DNA from: Acidimicrobiia bacterium
GTDB taxonomy: Bacteria > Actinomycetota > Acidimicrobiia > Spongiisociales > ZC4RG35
NCBI GenBank assembly: GCA_965203555.1
Contig: CBDBCY010000004.1
Coordinates: forward strand, 3,040,001 to 3,104,000
DNA length: 64,000 bases
Direction: 5' to 3'
Shown here: piece by piece, positions 1-8,415 of the stretch
How positions within the stretch are numbered: the first letter of the stretch is position 1
Layout: each line of letters starts with the position of its first letter
Notes under the pieces: model-generated
Seen by the model: only the letters and a program-made list of their open reading frames with translations
Told to the model about the DNA's origin: nothing
Database searches by the model: none
Translations under genes and position numbers: made by a program

Positions 1-1
1 C

Positions 2-241
2 AGATGCGACGGGGTGGTTTTTTCCGGGGGGATTGGAGAGAACAGCGCCCGGGTCCGCCGGATGGTGGTAAGTGACCTGGTATCCATCGGGCTGGTCCTG
101 GACCCCGGCAGAAACGGCGGGGCGGGAGAGAGGCGCATTTCCGCCGAGGACAGCCCGATCCCCATCTGGGTGATCCCCACCGACGAGGAGTCGCTCATAG
201 CTCGGGACACCGCCCGGCTGGTGAGGGTCGGTCGGGCTTGA
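2..241 (+). CDS. ackA: Acetate kinase, C-terminal part (truncated by window start)
   Basis: VVFSGGIGENS and IWVIPTDEESLIARD are characteristic AckA C-terminal motifs. Confidence 0.9.
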   Translation, partial: RCDGVVFSGGIGENSARVRRMVVSDLVSIGLVLDPGRNGGAGERRISAEDSPIPIWVIPTDEESLIARDTARLVRVGRA

Positions 242-290
242 AGCCGGTCCGGCGGCGGCGGTGGTCGGTCGGGCGGTACGATCGGTGGGA

Positions 291-764
291 ATGAAGCTGT
301 ACCTGAAGGCGGCGCTGTTCACGGTGGTGGCGCTCGGTTCGGTGGGGGGCCTGATTCCAGCCTGGCTGGCGAGGGGTCGTGAGGCGGCGGATGGGGCGGC
401 AATGGTGGTGGCCCTGTGCCTGATGGCAATCGGTGCGCTCATCTACCTGCGCTGCGTGTGGGACTTCGCGACATTCGGGAGGGGAATCCCCGCTCCGATC
501 AGCGCACCGAAGCGGCTGGTGATTCGGGGTCTGTACCGCTACACCCGAAACCCGATGTACCTGGGGCTGCAGATCCTGGTCGCCGGGTGGGCCATTCTGT
601 TCGGATCGTTCGTCCTGGTGGGATATGGGGTTTTCCTGTTCATCTTCTTCTCACTGTTTGTGCATTTCCACGAAGAGCGGTACCTGTCCCGGGAGTACGG
701 CGACGAGTACGAGCAATACAAGGCGCGGGTGGGCCGCTGGCTGCCCCGGTTGCCCCGCAGGTAG
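291..764 (+). CDS. Isoprenylcysteine carboxyl methyltransferase / PEMT-family membrane protein (copy 1)
   Basis: LVIRGLYRYTRNPMY and EERYL...YGDEYEQYKARVGRW motifs; hydrophobic segments. Confidence 0.88.
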   Translation: MKLYLKAALFTVVALGSVGGLIPAWLARGREAADGAAMVVALCLMAIGALIYLRCVWDFATFGRGIPAPISAPKRLVIRGLYRYTRNPMYLGLQILVAGWAILFGSFVLVGYGVFLFIFFSLFVHFHEERYLSREYGDEYEQYKARVGRWLPRLPRR

Positions 765-971
765 GCATTGGTTTGTCATCCCAGACTCCTTGAATCCATC
801 GGAGACATCCCACCCGTCGAAAAGAGAGCCAACCGCTACTGTAAACTACCACCACAGTCGGAAAACCCCTTTAGGTGAAACGTCTCGCGACAGAACACGG
901 GCCGGTTCTCTGAGGGTGGCCTTTTATTAGAGTCTCGGATCTGCCCTTCCTTGGTTAGCGGTATTGTGGGT

Positions 972-1530
972 TCACTGAAAGCCGAGTTGAGGCGACTCTG
1001 TGTATGGTTCCGAAACGGTGGCGCTGATGAGACTATCCCATTGCTCACGGGTGGTTTTCTTTTCGTAGGTGAAAAATTGGGAACACTCTTGCAGTTCCGC
1101 CGAAGCCAGATGGATGGCGTCGGCGGATCGTACTCCTCGGAGTCCTTTACTGCGAGCCCGTCGTATGATCGAACGGGCCTGCAGTGCAGCTCTCTGAGAG
1201 AAGTCGATAACTGATATCGGTGATGCCACGGAGGCATGCGATGACGGTGTTTGGGATTTCATGGCTCTGAGAGAAGTCGATAACTGATATCGGTGATGCC
1301 GGTGTCCACAGTTGGTCAATTCTCCTTTCACTGGAAGGTGAATCGGTGTCGCCTGTTGCTATGTATGCAACTTCAGTGATCGACAAAACGGAAGTGAATA
1401 GCCCGACCCTGTCGTTTCGGGCATCGTCTAGGACCGATTGCACTACGTCCGCGCGGTGTTCCTCATCGCTCACGTAAGCAAGCAGGACATTGGCATCGGC
1501 GTAAACTCTGGGACGTCTAACGGGCGGCAT
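972..1530 (-). pseudogene. PIN-domain (VapC-like) ribonuclease, frameshifted by a 73-bp insertion
   Basis: The N-half (VYADANVLL..SITEV) and C-half (VRSADAIHLASA..FFTYE) lie in different frames. Both frames contain ASPISVIDFSQ. Removing 73 bp gives a 161-aa ORF. Confidence 0.85.
1192..1300. repeat. Exact 36-bp direct repeat pair (1192-1227, 1265-1300) separated by a 37-bp unique spacer
   Basis: CTCTGAGAGAAGTCGATAACTGATATCGGTGATGCC occurs twice; the spacer is ACGGAGGCATGCGATGACGGTGTTTGGGATTTCATGG. Confidence 0.95.
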
Positions 1531-2299
1531 CCCTGATCCGTCTGACTGCCTGTTCCGCAGGCTCTCCGATGTGAAACGCCCCGCGCGCCTGCCGGAAACC
1601 CAATGGATCACCCTCGTCTATGGTGTCCACTTGCGTGATGTCCCGGATCGAGATCGGCTGTCCGGTGGAGGCCTGGCGGGTGATGGTGCCGGTTACGTCG
1701 GCGACGCGCCCCCAGACATCGCGCATGGTCTCCTCAAGGCCAGGATCGGGATGGCACCGAACAGACTTGTCGCTGGCGAGTTCATAGAGAATGAAGCGCA
1801 GACCCCTGCGGTGGGAGAGCGTCTCTACCCGTCCCCGTACAGTGCCGCGAGAGGTTGTGTTTTTTGCCTGCCGTTCGGCAGTTGCAGACCAGGTGAAGGC
1901 CGTAAAGGCCACCTGCTCACCGGCCGCTTCCAGAACGATCCCGTTCTTCTCGTCGGCGACCTCTGCCAGTTCACGAATGCGGCCCACAATCGCACGATCC
2001 GAATGGGTATTGCCGCCTGCAACCCGCAAGGCCACTTGTAGAAGTTCTTCGGTCATGGCCGGGATGGCTTGTTCGGCCTGCCGGTTGAGGGGCGTCGCGC
2101 GGGCGGTCACCGCCGCGCTACCGTGTTCGAGCCCGGCCAGCACCCATCGCACCCCGGCGTCATGACTCTCGTCGAGAGCCTGAAGCACCCTGGTGAACCG
2201 GGCACAGACCTCTGACAGCTTCCCGATGGTCACTTCGCCGTCGAGTCGGAACCCGACAATGCCTTTGGAAATTTCTTTCGTGGTGCTGCAAGGGTTCAT
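1517..2299 (-). CDS. Hypothetical protein overlapping the PIN gene start (putative antitoxin/partner)
   Basis: 260-aa ORF whose 3' end overlaps the PIN ATG; beta-rich C-terminal region (GTVRGRVETL..ADVTGTI). Confidence 0.7.
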   Translation of the reverse strand: MNPCSTTKEISKGIVGFRLDGEVTIGKLSEVCARFTRVLQALDESHDAGVRWVLAGLEHGSAAVTARATPLNRQAEQAIPAMTEELLQVALRVAGGNTHSDRAIVGRIRELAEVADEKNGIVLEAAGEQVAFTAFTWSATAERQAKNTTSRGTVRGRVETLSHRRGLRFILYELASDKSVRCHPDPGLEETMRDVWGRVADVTGTITRQASTGQPISIRDITQVDTIDEGDPLGFRQARGAFHIGEPAEQAVRRIRDAAR

Positions 2300-2387
2300 T
2301 GGTTTCGCCTCTGCCTAGGGAGATCGGCTATGTTGACGATGGTAGCCACCAAGTATTCACTCACTGCAAGGGCTTGGAGTGGTCCCG

Positions 2388-2495
2388 GAGAGGCGCATTT
2401 CCACGGACGACAGTCCCATCCCTATTTGGGTTATCTCCACCGACGAGGAGTCGTTCATAGCCCGTGACACGGCCCGACTGGTACTTCGGGCTAGG
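2388..2495 (+). pseudogene. Diverged duplicate of the ackA 3' end (fragment)
   Basis: Translates ERRISTDDSPIPIWVISTDEESFIARDTARLV, matching 128-225; there is no upstream ackA body. Confidence 0.85.
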
Positions 2496-2539
2496 TGCGA
2501 AGAGGGCACTCTGGGCAGTCGGGGGTTACATTTGCGAAT

Positions 2540-3022
2540 GTGAAACTCTATGTGAAGGCCGCGGTGTTCACCCTGGTGATGCCCGGTGGCGTCGGCGGTC
2601 TGGTTCCGGCCCTGCTGGTGAGAGGCCGGGACGCGGCGGATGGAGCGTTGATGGTGCTGTCGGTGTGCCTGATGGCAATCGGCGCGGCCATGTATGTGCG
2701 TTGCGTATGGGACTTCGCGGCGTTCGGGAAGGGAACGCCTCTTCCCATCGACGCGCCGAAACGGTTGGTTATACGGGGTCTCTACCGGTACTCGAGGAAT
2801 CCGATGTACGTGGGACTGCTGACCCTGATCGCCGGATGGGCCATCCTGTACGGCTCGATCGTGCTGGTGGGGTACGGGGTGTTCCTCTTCGTCTTCTTCT
2901 CGGTGTTCGTGTATTTCTACGAAGAGCGGCACCTGTCCCGGGAGTTCGGCGAGGAATACGAGGCATACCAGGCGCAGGTGGGCCGGTGGCTACCCCGGCT
3001 CTCCCGCAGGGACGTGTCCTGA
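2540..3022 (+). CDS. ICMT/PEMT-family membrane methyltransferase (copy 2)
   Basis: About three-quarters identical to 291-764 by manual comparison; RNPMY motif intact. Confidence 0.88.
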   Translation: MKLYVKAAVFTLVMPGGVGGLVPALLVRGRDAADGALMVLSVCLMAIGAAMYVRCVWDFAAFGKGTPLPIDAPKRLVIRGLYRYSRNPMYVGLLTLIAGWAILYGSIVLVGYGVFLFVFFSVFVYFYEERHLSREFGEEYEAYQAQVGRWLPRLSRRDVS

Positions 3023-3117
3023 GACAGATCTGGCCCCATCACACGGACCTTCCGGCGAAGTGGTCGACAGGAACTTCCCTCAAGCCTCCATGCCACAGGA
3101 AGGAGAGGCTCTCTTGC

Positions 3118-4869
3118 TTAACTGCCGGAGGGAGACTCTCCGATGTCCGCTGGTAGATAGTGATAGCCCCGGCCCGCTTTCTCTGGGCGGCTTCCCACCA
3201 GCAAACCGCGGTCGGCCAATTCGGTGAGCAGCCTGCCCGCATAAGGAACGCTTAAGCCGGTGAGGTCCGATACTTCGGTGCTGGACGCCCGCCCTCGCCT
3301 GCGTGCCCAATCAAGGATGAGCGCCTCACGCCCATGGGATGTGTGTAGGTTCCGGGAACGGTGGTGCAGTTTCCTACGGATTGGGTTGCCGAGGCGATAC
3401 GCGGGGGAGTGGTCGGCGGGAACCCCCGCAACGCGGGCGATGAACGGCTGGGAATCGGCGGTCACCTGTTGCACGCGTTGCAATGCTGCTCCGGTCTCTG
3501 CCGCCGGGCGCTGCAGGACAGGGGAAGCCGTTTTATCATCAACCCAGCCGTGATCGGTCAGGTGATCCAAGACCAGCAGCAGGTCGATGTCCTGGGATGC
3601 CCCCTCCGGATGCAGAGAGTAAAGGAGGTCGATCATCTCGAGGTCAGGGTCTCCGCCGAACAATCCGATCCTGACATAGGGACCGCCGATCTCTGAGATC
3701 TCGGGCCGGGGCCGGCCTATCGCCAGCATCTCGCTGACGATGAGGTCCATGCCGTAGCCCTGGCGTTCCGCCAGTCTGAGTGAGGCCATGGCTTCAGCCA
3801 GGCTTCGATACCGGGGTACTGCCGGGTGGGTGATGATGTTGGCGGGGGTAATGCCTCCGATGAATCCTCCTGGCGAGGTAATGGTTATCTGGTCTCCGAC
3901 ATGTTCGACAGTGGTGGGATTCGGATTCATCCAGTCGCGGTGGGTGACGCCGTTAACCAGAGCCTCACGGAAGGAACGAGAGGGCACGGCCAGGACTTGT
4001 TGATTGACCAGCCCCCTGAGGATGTGGATGGTGCGGTTTGCGGCTGTAAAAGCGCCTTCCACTCGGTAGATCTGTTCCAGTAATGGTCGAGAAGCCCCCA
4101 ACTCCCGGAAGGTGCTTGCCGCTCCCGGCACTGTACGACGGATGTAGTCCATGCCATCGCCGGGAGTGGCCACAAACAGCAGGGATCCGGCATTGGTGAG
4201 TTTGCCGTCGCCCCCTACGAGGTTCAGACGACGGATAATGTCCTCGCTCGTTGCCTCAGCCAGGCCGGTTGTGTCGGACGAGCCAGTCAAGTAGCGACGG
4301 GCGATGTCCACCGCGACGGGAGACACGTCTTGCAGAGCGTGTCCGGAAGGTCGCGCCGACCAGTCGTAGCCCACTCTCCTACGGTTTTCGGCATACCAGC
4401 TGTTCGGGTCAATTTCCACGCAACTGCGATTGACCCGCCATTTGAGCTTGTTGCCGTAATAGACGGGCTCGATGGCGTAGTCGGTCGTCAACACCAGGAT
4501 GCGGGTTCCATCCAGATCGGCAGTCCGCACGGTAACTGTGAGTTTGCCCTGGGTGAGTTGCCAGATGCGCTCGCGGAGCCACTCTGGATCCAGCAGGGTG
4601 CCGATCCGTTTCCCGTCATCGGAGATCCCTAGGACGATGGCGCCGCCTCCTGGCGTGTTGGCCATGCATGCCATTTCCTCGGCAAGATACTTCGCGGCTT
4701 TCTCGTTCTGGGCTTGGCCTGCGAGCACCTTGCCGTTTCTACGGCGGTCGGGTTCCTCCTTGATATCCACCTGCGTCACTTCGATATCTCGTGGCCGCTC
4801 ACCTCTGTTGAGACGTTGGAGGATTTGCTCAACTTGCTCTTGCAAAGGGTCTGGTCCAAGAAAGGTCAT
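3118..4869 (-). CDS. Schlafen/AlbA_2 + HATPase_c_4 + winged-HTH protein (DUF5635-like)
   Basis: N-terminal VDIKEE..ACMANTPGGGAIVLGISDDG (AlbA_2); REALVNGVTHRDW..ITITSPGGF (HATPase_c_4); C-terminal HTH SSTEVSDLTGLSVPYAGRLL. Confidence 0.85.
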   Translation of the reverse strand: MTFLGPDPLQEQVEQILQRLNRGERPRDIEVTQVDIKEEPDRRRNGKVLAGQAQNEKAAKYLAEEMACMANTPGGGAIVLGISDDGKRIGTLLDPEWLRERIWQLTQGKLTVTVRTADLDGTRILVLTTDYAIEPVYYGNKLKWRVNRSCVEIDPNSWYAENRRRVGYDWSARPSGHALQDVSPVAVDIARRYLTGSSDTTGLAEATSEDIIRRLNLVGGDGKLTNAGSLLFVATPGDGMDYIRRTVPGAASTFRELGASRPLLEQIYRVEGAFTAANRTIHILRGLVNQQVLAVPSRSFREALVNGVTHRDWMNPNPTTVEHVGDQITITSPGGFIGGITPANIITHPAVPRYRSLAEAMASLRLAERQGYGMDLIVSEMLAIGRPRPEISEIGGPYVRIGLFGGDPDLEMIDLLYSLHPEGASQDIDLLLVLDHLTDHGWVDDKTASPVLQRPAAETGAALQRVQQVTADSQPFIARVAGVPADHSPAYRLGNPIRRKLHHRSRNLHTSHGREALILDWARRRGRASSTEVSDLTGLSVPYAGRLLTELADRGLLVGSRPEKAGRGYHYLPADIGESPSGS

Positions 4870-4891
4870 TAAGGTCTTGCTTATCGAGGTT

Positions 4892-5118
4892 GCTTTTAGG
4901 TGGAAGAATGTAACTGTTGGCTCGTTTAGCGGTTAGTTTGCTTTTTTCTCGGAAAAGTGTAACTGATGGTCCGATTTGGGAAGTTTGTTCGCTTTTCTGG
5001 GTAGAAAATATAACTGTTGGGCCGTTTCAATATTTTAGTTTGCTTTTTTCTCGGAAAATGTGAACTGATGGCCCGATTTGGGTCGTTTGTTCGCTTTTCT
5101 GGGTAGAAAATGTAACTT
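4892..5118. repeat. AT-rich tandem array, about 4.5 units of about 51 bp in alternating A/B types (102-bp higher-order repeat)
   Basis: Units begin with GCTTTT at 4892, 4940, 4991, 5042 and 5093 and carry a ..AAAATGTAACTG.TGG-like core; units 2/4 and 3/5 are near-identical. Confidence 0.85.
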
Positions 5119-5142
5119 GCTTTAGGAAAACTTGGACACTCT

Positions 5143-8100
5143 TCACCCGGTCAGCCCCATGGAGCAAATGATGTGCGGTTCCCTGGTGTGACCGGTTGCT
5201 GTGGTGTCCAGCGAACGAGCCAGCAGTCCGTCCCGCCGTAGCTGGACCAACAACGCGGCGAGGTCCTCGTCGCTCATGTCTGCGTCGATGGCGGTGGACA
5301 GCTCTTTGAGTGCGGCGTCGTGCGGATCGTGAAGGTCGTTCAGGGCAGAATCCAACTCGTCGACGGTGAAGAGCAGACTGGGGGGAAGCTCGTCCCGGTG
5401 TCGCGACAGCCGCCTCCAGCATTTTCCTATCACGCCGCCCTGCCGCCCCATCAGTTGCTCGGGTGGTGGGGCCTTCAACGGCCCCCGAAACGCCGAGGCG
5501 ATCATATCGAAGTGTCCCGACAGTCTGGTCGCCGGCGGAGTTTCGGGTTCGCATTCGGAGAGACGCAGGGCTTCTTGTGGAGAGATACGCCGGGGCCGGC
5601 CGCCGACCGGGACGAAGGCGAAGGCGTCCGATCCCAGAGCGGTTTGCGAATGCACCACCACACCCCGATCCCGACTTCCGCCTGACTTCGTGGCGTAGAC
5701 CACATTGGGCATGGATTCCACCTGTTCGGCCAGGTCCGGATGATCCTTTTCGGCGCTTCGCCAAATCTGGTAGGCCATCGACACGGGATCCACTTCCTCA
5801 TCGTCGAGTCGGTAGTCGGAACGCTCGTCATAAAGGCCCGTGAGAGTCGCACGTTCCTCGTCTCTGCCGAAGAACTGCTCGTCCGATCCCAGCAGGTTGG
5901 CGTTTTCCCGCAGCCTGGCCAGGATGCGCCGGCGCAGGTCGATCTCGTTTTCCAGGGTGGCCGACGGCATCAGGGAGTACACCACCACCTGCTCTGCGTC
6001 CTGGCCGATCCGGTCCACCCTGCCGGCCCGCTGCACCAGCTTTACCACCGCCCACGGCAGGTCGTAGTTGACGACGATGCGGGCGTCCTGCAGGTTCTGT
6101 CCCTCCGAGAGCACGTCGGTGGAGACCAGCACCGCCAGTTCCCTCTCGCCATGCCGAAGACCGCCCTGGTACGACCCGGGAGAGAAGCGCCGGGCCAGCC
6201 CGGTCGGATTGGAGACGCTGCCGCTGACCGCCGCCACGCCCTCGATTCCCCGCTCGGCCAGCGCGCGGGCTGCATAGTCGGCGGTGTCGGTGTATTCGGT
6301 AAACACCAGGACCTTCTCGCCCGGGTGCCGGGAGGTGATTATCTCCGCCAAGGACTGAATCTTTCCGTCGCGCTCATGATCCCAGCGACCGAACCGGGCC
6401 AGCATCCGGTCGATGGCCTCGATGTCGGCGGTCAGGTCCTCGACGAACCGGTCTCCGAACATGGAGGCTCGTAGCCACTTGACGGTTCTCGGGTCGGCGG
6501 CGGCCAGTTTCCGGTAGGAGTCGGCCACGGAGGCGTCGGGGTCGAAGAAAGGGAATAGGTCGTCCCCCTCCAAGTCGGCGCCGTCGGACCACAGGCTGTT
6601 GCTCACCGACCCGACCGGCACCTTCCGACCGGTCTCCACCGCGTACCGGGCGAGACTGTCTCTGAGGCGGTGACGACGCAGGGTGGCGAGGAACGCCGGA
6701 CCCGACGACGAGAGTCGCTTGAACATCATCACCCGGTTGAGGCCGCTCAGGTTGCCCTGGGCAGCTCGGCGCAGGTCCTCCACGACGGGTTGTTCTTCCG
6801 TAGAGGGGACTGCGCCCGCCGCCAAGTGGTGGTACATGCCGTAGCGGGGCAGCCTCAGGCGGCCCACGGCATCCAGGGTCTGCTCGGAGATCATCTCCGT
6901 GGCCGGGTCGCCCTCGACTACCTCCCGCTCCACGGTGACGGGCAACCTGGTGGGGAAGCGGAACCGTTTTCCGTCTCCGTAGGTCAGGTACCGCCCACCT
7001 TGTTGGTCGGTGAAAGCGTAGTTCTCCTCGATGTAGCGGCGGGTACGCCGCACCATGAACTGTGAGAGAAGAGAGCGCCAGTCGTCCCGCTCTCCGGACC
7101 GCCTGAACGCCGCCAGCGTCGACAACCCCTCATCGCATTTGGCCGCGAACCGGGCCTCGCCCATCGCGGCGATGGCGGCCTCGGGGCGGATGCCCAGATC
7201 CGTGTCGGGATCCAGGAACAGGGAGAGTTGTGCCCACAGGTCGGTGAGGTTCTTGTTGTACGGAGTGGCGGAAAGGAGCACCACCCCGGACCGGTTCTCC
7301 GATATGTATTCCTTCAGGGCACGGTAGTCCTGGCGGGTGTGAGTACGCAGATGATGCGACTCGTCGATGATCAGCAGGCGATGATGGCCGAGGTCGGGTA
7401 GTTCTCTGGTAACCATCGACAGGGACATCACCCGACCCCGCAGGTCGTATTCGTCCACATAGTCCCGCCACATCTCCACCAGGTTCTTGGGACATACCAC
7501 CAGCGCCTTGCCTCCCTGCTCTATCTGGAGCAGGCGGGCCACGGCGGTGGCCACCAGGGTCTTGCCCAAACCCACCACGTCCCCGATGATGACCCCGCCG
7601 CGCTGGCTGAGGATCCGGGCGGCCAGCTTCACCGCGATGGCCTGGAAGTCGAGCAGTTTGTCGACCAATGATTGGGGAAGTTCGTAGGCAACCCATCCCT
7701 CCCGCGCCTGCCGTGACAGGTGGTAGGCCATCTTCAGGTACACGAGGTACGGGTCCTTGGCGTATGCCCACGACTTGCGGATCACTTCTTCGAGCATCGG
7801 TACGGCGTTCAGACAGAGTTCGTTGTTCCACCTGTGCTCGAACCAGTCGGCCAGCTTTCTGGTGGCGTCGACGTCGGAGACGCTCACGTTCAACTCGCCC
7901 TGTTCCTGCATCCCGGCCCTGGTGAGGTTGGACGATCCCACGAACGCCGCCCGGGGAGTGAACGTGTCATCACGATGGCACAGGTAGAGCTTGGCGTGGA
8001 GTCGATGCTCGGTGAACACCTTCATCTGCACTTCGCCCCCGGTGATCTGGCGCAGCAGGGCGCGCAATGCGGCCTCGTCCTCGTAAGTCGGCAGGCCCAC

Positions 8101-8415
8101 CTCGAGCTGGCGGGTCATCTCCCTGCCCGTATCCGCTCGGCGTTCCGAAGCCGTCTTGGATGTGACCGGGGGGATCCGATCGGTGGCTGCCAGCCTTTTC
8201 ATCTCGGCAGCGGGCGCCTCGGTCATGCCCACCAGGATCCTGGCCTTCGGACCCCCGCCTCCGCTCGGCAAGCGGTCCACCGCCTGGGAGATCAGTCTCC
8301 ATCCGCGCAGGTTGAAATAGCCCACCGCGGCGTCGAGCGAGCGGGACGGGAAGCCGAGAGTCTCGAGCAGGGCGGCTCTCATCTCCGTCGAGATGTTGTC
8401 CAGGATGTCGGGCAT
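5143..8415 (-). CDS. PLD-nuclease + SNF2-type SF2 helicase fusion
   Basis: LHAKLY..FVGSSNLT (PLD); helicase motifs GDVVGLGKT, IIDESH, LSATP, STDVLSEGQNL, QRAGRVDR; ATG overlaps the upstream stop (TGATG). Confidence 0.9.
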   Translation of the reverse strand: MPDILDNISTEMRAALLETLGFPSRSLDAAVGYFNLRGWRLISQAVDRLPSGGGGPKARILVGMTEAPAAEMKRLAATDRIPPVTSKTASERRADTGREMTRQLEVGLPTYEDEAALRALLRQITGGEVQMKVFTEHRLHAKLYLCHRDDTFTPRAAFVGSSNLTRAGMQEQGELNVSVSDVDATRKLADWFEHRWNNELCLNAVPMLEEVIRKSWAYAKDPYLVYLKMAYHLSRQAREGWVAYELPQSLVDKLLDFQAIAVKLAARILSQRGGVIIGDVVGLGKTLVATAVARLLQIEQGGKALVVCPKNLVEMWRDYVDEYDLRGRVMSLSMVTRELPDLGHHRLLIIDESHHLRTHTRQDYRALKEYISENRSGVVLLSATPYNKNLTDLWAQLSLFLDPDTDLGIRPEAAIAAMGEARFAAKCDEGLSTLAAFRRSGERDDWRSLLSQFMVRRTRRYIEENYAFTDQQGGRYLTYGDGKRFRFPTRLPVTVEREVVEGDPATEMISEQTLDAVGRLRLPRYGMYHHLAAGAVPSTEEQPVVEDLRRAAQGNLSGLNRVMMFKRLSSSGPAFLATLRRHRLRDSLARYAVETGRKVPVGSVSNSLWSDGADLEGDDLFPFFDPDASVADSYRKLAAADPRTVKWLRASMFGDRFVEDLTADIEAIDRMLARFGRWDHERDGKIQSLAEIITSRHPGEKVLVFTEYTDTADYAARALAERGIEGVAAVSGSVSNPTGLARRFSPGSYQGGLRHGERELAVLVSTDVLSEGQNLQDARIVVNYDLPWAVVKLVQRAGRVDRIGQDAEQVVVYSLMPSATLENEIDLRRRILARLRENANLLGSDEQFFGRDEERATLTGLYDERSDYRLDDEEVDPVSMAYQIWRSAEKDHPDLAEQVESMPNVVYATKSGGSRDRGVVVHSQTALGSDAFAFVPVGGRPRRISPQEALRLSECEPETPPATRLSGHFDMIASAFRGPLKAPPPEQLMGRQGGVIGKCWRRLSRHRDELPPSLLFTVDELDSALNDLHDPHDAALKELSTAIDADMSDEDLAALLVQLRRDGLLARSLDTTATGHTREPHIICSMGLTG

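Noticed and set aside
765-971. Possible ncRNA or gene remnant between ICMT and PIN
   Set aside because: No recognisable motif, repeat or credible ORF
1192-1300. Bona fide functional CRISPR array
   Set aside because: Only two repeats, the repeat is PIN coding sequence, and there is no leader or cas gene; reported instead as an integration footprint
4892-5118. CRISPR array
   Set aside because: Repeats are degenerate and the inter-repeat segments recur (A/B/A/B) instead of being unique spacers; no cas genes in the window
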